The notes under the pieces are model-generated. The model was not told where the DNA came from, did not search any database, and saw only the letters and a list, made by a program, of their open reading frames with translations. Of a stretch of DNA of 64,000 nt, positions 11,795-22,910 are shown piece by piece. The stretch is from Octopus sinensis (taxonomy: Eukaryota): positions 78,926,001 through 78,990,000 of the forward strand of contig NC_042998.1 in the NCBI RefSeq assembly GCF_006345805.1, in the 5' to 3' direction. How positions within the stretch are numbered: the first letter of the stretch is position 1; the number at the start of each line of letters is the position of its first letter. The translations under genes were made by a program, and so were the position numbers.

Positions 11795-11990
11795 TTTGGT
11801 AACTTACAAAGACAACAATGCCATCTTAGACTTGCCAAATACACACACACACAGAATTGTTTTCAATGGAACTGTCATTGTGTAAAACTGTCAAGACCTT
11901 GATTGCTAAGAATATTCGAATCACTTTTGGTAAAATAAACACAAACCAGTAATAAACTTGCAAGGGAGACAATTGAAATTTTAAAAAGAT
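11795..11990 (+). mobile_element. Penelope-like GIY-YIG endonuclease C-terminal remnant
   Basis: QRQQCHLRL ... HRIVFNGTVI ... KLARETIEILK resembles the PLE motif H.I.F..T.IL...R..REAIEI.K. Confidence 0.45.
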
Positions 11991-13731
11991 TTGTAAAACT
12001 GTAATTTATACCAGGTTCACTTTACTATTCAAAACCTGTTTTACATGTATATGATGGTTGTACTCAGAGATGCCATGCTGGTTTCTATTAACAAAATCAA
12101 ATTTAATGCAGAATTACACCAATGTATATACATATATAACCAGACATAGTCATATGTTTTTCTAATTAATCAAAGCATGAAAGCACAAGGTTTGACTGAA
12201 AGCCAAGAATTTATTTATTCACACGCAAATGATACGTGGAATGTTTTGCCACATAATATGTAATTAGATGTTTTTTCTGGTTTTTTGTTTTTCATATTTT
12301 TTTTAAATTTCATATTTAAAATAATTTGGTATCATTTTTGTCCAAGGGTGTCTGAAAGTATAGCAATCTGTAAATGAAATGTTTCAGTTTGTATGAAGCC
12401 ATCCTGAAAACATTTCCTATTATAACTTTATATCCTGTTTAAAATGTGTGTAATTATTTCAAAACCAATCAGAAACAGAAAATATCTGTAGAATGTAAAT
12501 ATCTGTATTACTTAATACTCATCCTACGAATGAAGAAAATTAAACAGGAACGGAAATTCTCATTTCATGCTTTAATTAAATATTCAAATGACTTAAGTTA
12601 CATTAATGGTACACTGTACTTCTATGATTAAAATAACCTAAGACATTTTTAGCATGCTTATTATGTATATGTTTTATATCAGTATTTTATTACTACAAAG
12701 ATAAAAAATAAGGAAATTTTATTCATTATACCTCCACAAAATTTCTGTACACACAACATTCTCTCCCCAAAGATCCATTTACATTCTTTGTTTTTGCCAT
12801 GATGCTCTGTTTACTTGAATTTTGTACCCTGAACATTACTTAAAATTATAAGTTACTAACAGAAAACTAAGCAGGAAATTAATTTATTCTCACATTTGCT
12901 ACAGATTAACTTTTAATTTAAAATGAAAATTATGTAACAGTTACTATTGGTGTATATTTCAGAACATTCCATTTCCAATTACAAGTAGCAGAGCTTAATT
13001 AAGCTTTTTACTTTGTTTTGAACTTCATATTGTTAATGCATTTCTTTTACATATCTACGTGCATTTACTTACATATATATATATGTATGTATATAAGAGG
13101 GATACACTATCATAACCATATCTATTTATTGTATAAATAACTGTCTTAATGTTCAGATCAGTCTAAATTTTTGATTTGCTCATGAGATTTATTTAATGGA
13201 TTATTTGTTTTGAATGAATTATAAAACAATTTGTCATTCTTTAATTCTGGGGCAGCATAATTGAGTAGACCTATGCATTCTAGTGAACATGATCACATTT
13301 CTTTACATTTTCCATTTGAGTGTAGTATCCAGGCCGACTGCGTTGTGTGTGTGTACGTACATGTGTGTGCATGCTTCCACATGCATACAAATGTGCATGA
13401 ATGCTTTTAATATTGTGTTCACTTGTCCTGCACTCTTGAAGACCTTTAGCATACAAAATCCATTACTTGCAAAACAGTTAAAAGCTGGTAAATATTGGTA
13501 GCAAGAAAACCATCAGGCTGTAAAATTCCTACCTAAAATAAGTCTTAATTTGCTATATGTATATTTACATGTGTACATATATATATGTATATATGTGCAT
13601 ATATATATATATACACGTGCATATATATATATATATATATATACACGTGCATATATATATATAGATAGATAGATAGATATTTATATGTATGAAAATTTAC
13701 ATACAAATACACACACACATACATATATAGT

Positions 13732-14057
13732 GAAGGCAAATGATTCAGTGGTTAGAGTGCTGGACTCACAATCATGAGGTAGTGAGTTCAATATCCAGAC
13801 TGCATTGTGTGTTGTGTTCTTGAGCAAGACACTTTATTTCAAGTTGCTCCAGTTCACTTGACTGTAGAAATGAGTTGTGATGTCACTGGTGCCAAGCTGT
13901 ATCAGCATTTGCCTTTCCCTTAGATAACAGTGGTGTGGAGAGGGGAGGCTGGTATGCATGGGCAACTGCTGGTCTTCCATAAACATTTTGTGCCTTGGAG
14001 GGTAATTTTATAAGTGCAATCTCATGGTCATTCATAACCAAAGGGGACTTTTACTCT
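13732..14057 (+). mobile_element. CORE-type tRNA SINE family B
   Basis: A box tcagtggttagagtg, B box gagttcaa, CORE-like gtgttcttgagcaagacactttatttca. Confidence 0.85.
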
Positions 14058-14077
14058 TTATACATATATATATACAT

Positions 14078-14337
14078 ATGGCGAATGGAGTAAGGTGGTA
14101 TGCCATTTGTTGAGGAGGGTGATTGAGTTTGAGGTAAATGGAGCGTGAAAGTGAGATAGACCGGGGGGAAAGGTGGGGTGACAGGTAGAAGAGGAGATTG
14201 GGAGGGTTGGTTTGAAAAAGGAGGATGCCCAAAATCGGGTGAGATGGTTGAGGGTGTTTGCTATGGCATTGAGGTAGATTTGGCCACCCCTGTTAATGGG
14301 GACAAAAGCTGGATTTAAAACACTGGATGATGATGAT
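14078..14337 (+). mobile_element. RTE LINE 3' end (second subfamily) with (GAT)n tail
   Basis: ANGVRWY ... LRRVIEFEVNG ... QVEEEIGRVGLKKEDAQNRVRW, followed by ggatgatgatgat. Confidence 0.75.
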
Positions 14338-14993
14338 ACACACACATATATACACACATTATGAGTGAGTAAACTCCACTTAGTGCAGTTTTTGTCATCT
14401 TCAGTTGAGTTTATTAGATATCAGTGCTATAAATACAAAACCTATAAACCTAAAATCACTAGAAACAAATCATAAATATCATTTAAAAATTTGAAGACAG
14501 TCATAAAATCAAATTACCATGTTTAATGCTGTTACAAATGTAGGAGAAATTCCAAGAACCTAACCTGGAACCAAATGACCCTCACTCTAACCTTTTTCAC
14601 CCTTCCTAACTTAACTCCAAAACTACAACCACTCTTGCCATCATAACAGGAAAACTTTAAAAGTAATTACTGTTAATTACTACTGTTGACTTTGTTTTGT
14701 TATCTTATTTTTATTACAACAAACAAAAATTATGCCTATATGCCCAATAGATTGGAGAGGAGGATGTGATTAATTTACACTAGACAGTATTTTAGTTTTC
14801 TGTCTGTTTCTGCAAAAATGGTGATTACTCAGGAAATAAATAAGTAAATTAAGTTATATTGTGTAATTGTGCAAACAATTTTACATTAATCTGATGGGAT
14901 ACTCTATACTTTAGTAGAGTACAAATTTATTGTTCTTATATTCTTATACAAGAATGTTGTTGATAATGACTTCGAAGTTTTAGCCAACTAAGC

Positions 14994-15285
14994 CATCATC
15001 ATCATCGTTTAAAGTCCACTTTCCATGCTAGCATGTGTTGGACAATTTGACTGAGGACTGGCGAACCAGATGGCTGCACCAGGCTCCAATCTGATCTAGC
15101 AGAGTTTCTACAGCTGGATGCCCTTCCTAACGCCAACCACTCCAAGAGTGTAATGGGTGCTTTTATGTGCCACCAGCATGAGGGCCAGTCAGGCGGTACT
15201 GGCAACAACCATGCTCAAATGGTGTTTTTTACGTGCCACCTGCACAGGAACCAGTCCAGTGGCACTGGGAACAACCTCGCTCAAA
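14994..15285 (-). mobile_element. RTE 3' UTR repeat (family D) with internal tandem units
   Basis: Same motifs as 53334-54123, reversed. Confidence 0.85.
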
Positions 15286-15394
15286 TCTTGTATTAGAATA
15301 AAATATATATATATATATATATATATATCCAGGGGTCAGTTTTTCTGCTAGTAATTAAAGTGATAATAATTTCTAACTTAGATTTTGACAAGCA

Positions 15395-15630
15395 CTGGTG
15401 GATTTCAATATCTACTAGTACTTAGTTTATTGACACTATAAGGATGAAAGGCAAAGTTGACAAAAACACAGGACCACATATTTAGGGGAAAAGGTATTTA
15501 TTTTGTTGATCACAGAAAGGTAAAATGTAAAATCAGGAGCTGTTGAAACATGAACTCAAATCATAAAGAAAGAATGCTAAATACCACCAGGCATTTTATC
15601 CATTGTTCTACCACTTCTGCTAATTCACCT
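15395..15630 (-). mobile_element. Degenerate SINE family C pieces
   Basis: gtactta.tttattgac...aggatgaaaggcaaagttgac, plus a second decayed copy. Confidence 0.55.
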
Positions 15631-16590
15631 TAAAAACAACAAGAATAAAGAGAGAGAAAAAAAATCAAGAAGTATTAATATATATATTTTCATATATTGC
15701 TTATATCATATTGTTGTTGTTAAGATTTCTGTTGATGTTACCTCATCTCACAAGCTGTATTTGGTTGTTTAGATCTATTTTATCTTCTATGCTGGATGAG
15801 GGATTAACAGCTGTATTTGCAGATTAAGATTCATATGAAAATTGATGTATGTCTGTAGCTAATGGACACCTTTAGATCTGTTAATGGATGTAACATTTAC
15901 AAACTGGATGGGGTAGAATCTCACTAACTTATGGTTACGACTATCTCTTAGGGTATGACTTATGTGTGTGTATGCGTGTTTTGAGTGAACAAAATACGTA
16001 TGTATTAAAAATAGATGTACTTGTCTATTCAATTGTGAGTATGTTGTGTGTCTGTATGTGTCTGTGTGTAATTGTGTATATTTGTACAGACAGAACACAT
16101 ACAGTACATTGTGTGTGTGTGTGTGTGTGTGTGTAAATATAATAATGTAATATACATGTGGTTGTAACTTATATATCATGCGCATGTAAAATATTAGCAG
16201 CAGATAATTTTTTCATATATCATCATCATTTTTACATAATACATACATAAATACACATTCAAATGCAAGAAGACAAACAGTCCAGTTAATGAGAGTAAGA
16301 TGCATACACTTATTTTGAAGCCCATATGTCTGTTTGCGCGTATGTGTGTGTGTGTGCACGCGTAAGACATACATGTACAAGCTTTACATAATTGTTGCCA
16401 GCTAATCATATTCTAAAAGGTACATAAAACCCTTTTAGAGAACTCTTAACTATATTTTTCTACAAAACATATCCTCGTGAGCTTTTACTATAGCATATGC
16501 CACTCTTTTGTTTTTCTTTTCTCTAAGCTTTTTTCTATTTTCTTCCTTCATGTATATATTCATACATATATATATATATACATGCATATA

Positions 16591-16646
<56 letters not shown>

Positions 16647-16831
16647 TAAATACATACACATACGTATATATCTATAGATATTATGATTTCTCGAAGGCAT
16701 AGCAATACTAATAATAACCAGTTGTTAGAACTCAATATACCTATGTTTTAGATTTAAGTATTAGATGAGTACAAAACATAATCTAAATTAATAAATAGCA
16801 AAAGAATAGGTGTTCTGTAATCACTTTCATT

Positions 16832-16912
16832 GGCTTTCAGCTGTTTCTGCTATAAGAAGCAATGCTCTCAGAGCTGAGTGTTCATGTGACATCTTATAGC
16901 TTTCTCAAAGTC
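16832..16912 (-). ncRNA. Decayed Penelope-type hammerhead with long stem II
   Basis: Minus strand: gact TTGAGAA a gctataaga [loop] tcttatagc a GAAACAGCTG aaagcc. The 9-bp stem II is perfect, and ACAGCTG(T) is the palindromic stem III typical of PLE hammerheads. Confidence 0.5.
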
Positions 16913-17242
16913 ATTTAAACAAAATGTATATTTATTGTGGAAACCATTTAAATAGAGGTTGTTACATGAGGAACCAGATACCTTACAATGCAGTTTGAGG
17001 GTGAAAACCCCCTGTTGAGAGATTCAATATGTATATAAACACTTACTTTAGCTTGTAAACCAGAATAAATGCAGACACTCATATAGAGAAATAAAAACAG
17101 ACACCCATATATATATATCTATATATATATATAGACATACATACATATACACACACACTCATATACATGCATGTCCTTATATCCACAAACATGTAACAGA
17201 GACACACATATAGGTGCAAAGATATATATACACACACACACT

Positions 17243-17406
17243 ATACACTCTTGGAGTGGTTGGCATTAGGAAGGGCGTCCAGTTGTAGAAACCAAGCCAA
17301 ATTCCAACTGGAACTTGGTGCAGCTTTCAGGCTTACCAGTTCTAGTTAAACCATCTAACCCATGTCCGCATGGAAATGGACATTAAATGATGATGATGAT
17401 GATGAT
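17243..17406 (+). mobile_element. RTE 3' UTR repeat (family D)
   Basis: gagtggttggcattaggaagggcgtccag ... ttaaatgatgatgatg. Confidence 0.85.
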
Positions 17407-17766
17407 ACACACACACATACACATTAGTTTGTTGACTCATATATAGATATATGGATGTACATATAAATATATATTCACTCACCCATATAGTAAACACACA
17501 TTTAACTATGCATACTTACACAAATATACATCCATTCACATTTATAGACTCACACATGTGGTTACAGATATGAAAATCAGACACTTGGACACAAAGCTAG
17601 ATCAACTCAGAAAACTATAAGAGCTAAGAAACAGAGATTCACTAATACACATATGCAAACGATAATCCCAGCTATATATATATAATATATATAATATTTT
17701 AGTTTTTTAATATTTTATTTTTTAAACTTTTATTTTTTGATTTTTGTATAGATAATAATGAGGTAG

Positions 17767-18358
17767 GCATTATTAAATCTCAGAACGAGATGTAAACAGT
17801 AATCGCTCGACAATGTAAAGTATAATAGCCATCTCGATATGGCTAACCACAGTGTTACTGTAGCTTTTAGCCCCAGGAGATCATCGTCTCCAGCTGGCTT
17901 AGGCACACTATCTGTGCCCTTATGGTATTTGCTGGGGCTAAAAAGCTACAGTAACACCCCCCCCCCCCTTTGTAGTTAGCCATATCGAGATGGCTATTAT
18001 ACTTTACATTGTCGAGCGATTACTGTTTACATCTCGTTCTGAGATTTAATAATGCTTGCAGACAGTTTTTCAAAATCAGTGGCAGAAGTCACTAGAAGAA
18101 CTCTTATATATTTGCATACAGGCTTTCCCTTTCATCGTGATCCGGTGATTACCACCTGTTGATAAGAGGCAACAACCTCGAAACTCTCAGTCCGGTGCGT
18201 ATCACTTAGGCTTACGAGAAAGAGATGGCCTCCCTTTGCAAATACCATAAGGGCACAGATAGTGTGCCTAAAGCGAGCTGGAGACGATGATCTCCTGGGG
18301 CTAAAAAGCTACAGTAACACTGTGGTTAGCCATATCGAGATGGCTATTATACTTTACA
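17767..18358 (+). mobile_element. Retrozyme-like element (family H1): inverted 5' segment 17767-17932 plus about 1.2 head-to-tail monomers (350-bp period), 12-bp TSD
   Basis: 17932-18008 is repeated at 18295-18358 (catatcgaga at 17981 and 18331). 17767-17932 is the reverse complement of 18238-18358 joined to 18009-18055. Flanks aataatgaggta (17754-17765) and aatattgaggta (18358-18369). Confidence 0.85.
18145..18205 (+). ncRNA. Type I hammerhead ribozyme with U3-A8 variant core; predicted cleavage after C18192 (GUC)
   Basis: GTGAT tac CACCtG TTGATAA GAGG caacaa CCTC GAA ACT ctc AGT C C GGTG cgt ATCAC. Stems I, II and III all pair. Confidence 0.8.
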
Positions 18359-18514
18359 ATATTGAGGTAATTTAGCAGAAATTTAGAAACTAAAAAGACT
18401 AGATGTCTATAGATTGGCTGCTGATGGAGTTTGTTATAGATTGTCTTGTAGTAAGGTCATAAATGTGACAATGCACACTTGTGCTTAGGCACTCACTTAT
18501 ATGCACATATAAAT

Positions 18515-18575
<61 letters not shown>

Positions 18576-19718
18576 ATATATATATATCTGTTATATGCAA
18601 CAGAATTAATATTAGATTAAAATAGTCATCTATGTAACATACTTAATGCAAGTATACCAAGAAAAGGCAAATTAACTGCAGTATATCCAGATATAGTCTC
18701 CCCCAATGGACATACTATGTTTAAAAGTACAAACATTTCAGTAGCAGACTAAATTTGTCCAGCATTTGCAGTGAGAATGCTAGACCCACATTTCTACCTC
18801 TGAGCTTTGTCAGAAGCTTGTACTCACTGCTAAATATAAGCTAAGACAAAATCTAGCTGGGTTCCTTTGGCTGTATACAGTCTTTGACAAGTGGTTTTCC
18901 TGGAATAGGTGGAGCTATGTGATGTGAAAATCAGGCTTGGTGTTTGTAGTGCTGGGATGTAGATGTATAGGAAGAAGGGCAGAAAAAGGAAGGAAGAAAG
19001 TATGATTGTAGAGTATGGGTTGATTTTTTTTGGAATATTTTGTTTGGTTTGAAATGAGAGCAATGTTATTGTTTAGAGGTCAGTCAAGCATGTAAATAAC
19101 TTTGTACATGGGTGTGTCACATTCAGGTTAAAATTTGACATAGATGTGTTAGATTCAGATTTAAATGTCTGAAAAGAACTTTCTATTCAAAGAATCTCTT
19201 CTACAATCCAGTAATGTCGTTTACATCCCCAAATATATATTTTCTACAAGTCCTGGAGAAGAATTTTCTCCTGGGGTTATTTCTGCAGTGGAAGGTCTTA
19301 TCATGTTTGAATATGCTCAAACATGTTAAACATGACTTTACATAAATATTTTTTATTCAGTGTTGCATCATGCAACATTATTAATTTTATTCTAGCTTGA
19401 CCAAGCTTCACACCCATCAGCAAACATACTGTATGCTGTTTTAAAAAAATTTTTTTTTATCTCACTATGAGTGACAGATTTAGTTCTCCTGGCTCATGAA
19501 GCAAAAAGACACAAAAACTTTTACATCCTATATTCCAGTGACATTCACAGCCCAAAGTGTGCTTTCACATATATTGGCTAGGAAGATAAGTTTTTCCCTG
19601 GACAATTTCCACAATGGAAGATCTTATCAAACACAAATACACTTAAATGTGTTAAATATGACTTTACATGAAAATATCTTGTTCAAACTGCTTTGTGCAG
19701 TATATGAACTCATACTCA

Positions 19719-19985
19719 GTCGGTTATGATGACGAGGGTTCCAGTTGATCCGATCAACAGAACAGCTGACTCGTGAAATTAATGTGCAAGTGGCTGAGCA
19801 CTCCACACACACATACCTTTAATGTAGTTCTCTGGGAGATTCAGTGTAATACAGGATGTGATGAGGCTGGCCCTTTGAAATGCAGGTACAACTCATTTTT
19901 GCCAGCTGAGTGAACTGGAGCAATGTGAAATAAAGTGTCTTGCTCAAGGACACAACACATCGCCGGGAATTGAACTCATGACCTT
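19719..19985 (-). mobile_element. CORE-type SINE family B variant with a different 3' body
   Basis: ctcatttttgccagctgagtgaactggagcaa.gtgaaataaagtgtcttgctcaaggacacaac; B box gggaattgaactc. Confidence 0.8.
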
Positions 19986-19995
19986 CACTAGTGCA

Positions 19996-20028
<33 letters not shown>

Positions 20029-21129
20029 GTGTGTGTTGTGTTTGCAATGAAGTATAGGAAAAGGATAAATAGATAGATAGATAGTTGCATAGAGATTCAT
20101 GCATGTAGATAAGTAGATCAATAGTTGTTGATGGCTAGATGTGGATAAGGCAAACAAACAGCTAGATAGACACGTGTATGCTAACACACACAGCTCTCTC
20201 TCACTCTTTTTTCTGTCTCTTTCTCTCTCTCTCTCTTTCTCCTTCTTTCTCTCTGATGATTTTATATATATATATATGAGGCAGTTGGCAGTTACATAGA
20301 CTCTTACACACCTGGATCACTTGACACATACAAGAGTAGAACCAGTATTACAACACTTGGCTTATTGAGGCAATCATGTGACTTGCTCTGAGACACAATT
20401 GAACACTAATAGAATACTAATAGCAATATGTTGCAGAAACTGATTTTTAAATGTAATGTTTGTATAAACGCAGATAACATTGCTTTCAAGTAGCCGCAAT
20501 TTGATCTAATGTTACCTAGAAGATAAGTGCTAAAACTTACTGAATCAACATGGCGTTGAACTGTTAGCTGAAGGATCCATAATTTATGTCCTATCACAAA
20601 CCCTAAGATATAACAGGGATGAGGTAATAAGCCACCACATAGGCAAGATCTAGTCTCATGAATTCCTAATGAATGCTTCATGGACTGAGCCATTAAGTGT
20701 CAAACTTACTTTACCAAAGACAAGCAGATGACAGTGATAGGATAGAAATCAACCACCTTTTTTGCTTCATCTGTCTAATGCTAAGTAGACTGAGTCATTG
20801 AAAGATAAATTTTCCTTGCTGGAATGCAGTGGTGTGGCAGTGAAGAGGCATATACTCTTGTATTAAGCAAGTAAACTGGAAGATTCTCTATAAAATTGCA
20901 TCATGTGTGTGTGTGTGCATACATATATATTTGCACACAAACAAGGGCCTCTCGTAGGCAAGATGCATTTTTTTGCATTGCATAAATACAAGCATCCATA
21001 TGTATATACATCTGTCACTCACAAGTGAATATGACTTGGGAACATGTAACCATGCATTCACTACTTCTTTTAGATGCATATGTCATCACCAGCAAACATA
21101 GGCACCCTCTCAACCCTCCCACTCCCACC

Positions 21130-21316
21130 TTCAGTTCAGCAGATCATCAAAGACATGTTACTGGAAGAAGAGAGGGCTGCGCCGGTACTGGGATGGTACT
21201 CATTTTCTAACTAAGCAAACTGGAGCAATACATAATGAAATGTCTTGCTCTGCTTGATCCAGAAATCAAACTTAAGATCTTATGATGATCATGACCCAAA
21301 CTCCCTAACCACTAGA

Positions 21317-21318
<2 letters not shown>
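21130..21318 (-). mobile_element. Degenerate SINE family B
   Basis: actcatttt...aactggagcaa...atgaaatgtcttgctc ... ccctaaccactag. Confidence 0.55.
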
Positions 21319-21356
<38 letters not shown>

Positions 21357-21370
21357 AGCATGATTATATA

Positions 21371-21518
21371 TAGCATGGGTTGGACGGTTCAACTGGGGTC
21401 TGGCAAGCCAGGAGGCTGCACCAGGCCTAGTCTGATCTGGCAGTGTTTCTAGACCCCAGTTGAACCGTCCATCCCATTCTAGCATGGAAAGCGGATGTTA
21501 AATGATGATGATGATGAT
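21371..21518. mobile_element. Family D insertion with 5' inversion (fold-back)
   Basis: 21371-21450 is the minus-strand copy; 21451-21518 is the plus-strand copy ending in (GAT)n. Confidence 0.8.
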
Positions 21519-21632
21519 GGATATATATATGAATGAATCACTGATAGACATTATATGTATATGAAGTTCCAACAACTGGTTATTGGTCCTACTGTGGCAA
21601 AATGTAATTACAATGTGTGTATTGTGTGTATA

Positions 21633-21663
<31 letters not shown>

Positions 21664-21734
21664 ACTTTGGATATACAGGACAACTTAAGCCAGCATGAGA
21701 GACGGACATAATGTGATTATGAGGAGTATATATA

Positions 21735-22112
21735 CTGTATATGCTTGTGTAAGAGTCAAATTATTTAGACCATTTTTTTAAAGTCAAATTTATGGGGTTG
21801 TCTATTACATGGGTACTACATTTGAGGGGCTGAAATTCAAGCTAGAATCCAAAGTATCGTATCAGCAGCAGAAGCTCTCTAAGTGAATAAAATCAAAAAC
21901 ACAATGAATTACAATAATATTACCAATTCTGTGCATCAACAGAGTTATTTCTACATACAGGATGATATGGTACCTTGACCAACAAATGTTGTCCTGTTCA
22001 TGAAATATTATGATGAACTTTTATATGGGGTCTTTGGAAAATTCCCAATTTTTTGGCCAAAAATAGGGGGTTGACTTTTACATGAGATTGACTACCACTC
22101 AAGTGTATACAG
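21735..22112. mobile_element. pogo/Tigger-like MITE with TA target duplication
   Basis: TA|ctgtatatgcttgtgtaagagtcaa ... ttgactaccactcaagtgtatacag|TA, a decayed CCGTATATACTCG-type TIR. Confidence 0.6.
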
Positions 22113-22501
22113 TATGCAGTATATATATATATACACACAACAACCTTCCACACAGTTTTTCTCTACCATAATTACAAACCATTGGTCAGACTGGTGCTAT
22201 AGTTAAAGTCTCTTGCCCCATGTGCTGCACAGTAGGGCTGTTTGCAAAACAAACATCTTATTGACATAGTCATATCTGTGCCTGTATAATTATCATTCTA
22301 GCATCCGCTTTTCCATACTTGCATGGGTATTGAGAGAGAGGACAGTTTTATTCTATTGGTAACATGTAGAATATTTCAAATCTTGTACGGTCTGCATGTG
22401 CAGTGCTTAGCATATAAATTGTGGTATCAACTGACTTCTGTCCGTTAAAATTGTTTGGTTTGTACCTTAATGAGAAACAATCATATATTGCTTTAAAATT
22501 T

Positions 22502-22910
22502 TGGCACAAGGCCAGCAATTCAATTACATCAACCCCATTGCTCAACTGGTACTTATTTTATCTGGCAGAAACGTTAGCGCGCCAGGCAAAATGCTTAGCA
22601 GTATTTCGTGTGCCGCTACATTCTGAGTTCAAATTCCGCCGAGGTCAACTTTGCCTTTCATCCTTTTGGAGTCGATTAAATAAGTACCAGTTACGCACTG
22701 GGGTCAATATAATCGACTTAATCCATTTGTCTGTCCTTGTTTGTCCTCTCTATGTTTAGCCCCTTGTGGGTAGTAAAGAAATAGGTACTTATTTTATCAA
22801 CCCCAAAAGGATGAAAGGCAAATTTGAATTGAGGACATAAAGACAGATGAAATGCCACGAGGCATGCATTTTGTCCAGTGTGTTAACAACTCTGCCAGCT
22901 TGCCATCTTA
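22502..22910 (-). mobile_element. SINE family C (outer copy), interrupted by an antisense copy
   Basis: 22502-22562 joined to 22784-22910 matches 4332-4530. Confidence 0.8.
22563..22783 (+). mobile_element. SINE family C (inner, younger copy) with 15-bp TSD
   Basis: TSD ggtacttattttatc at 22548-22562 and 22784-22798; B box gagttcaaattcc. Confidence 0.88.

Noticed and set aside
18770-19300. Possible Penelope remnant with CTGACAA...GAAAT motif on the minus strand
   Set aside because: Stem I pairs poorly and the peptide similarity is marginal.
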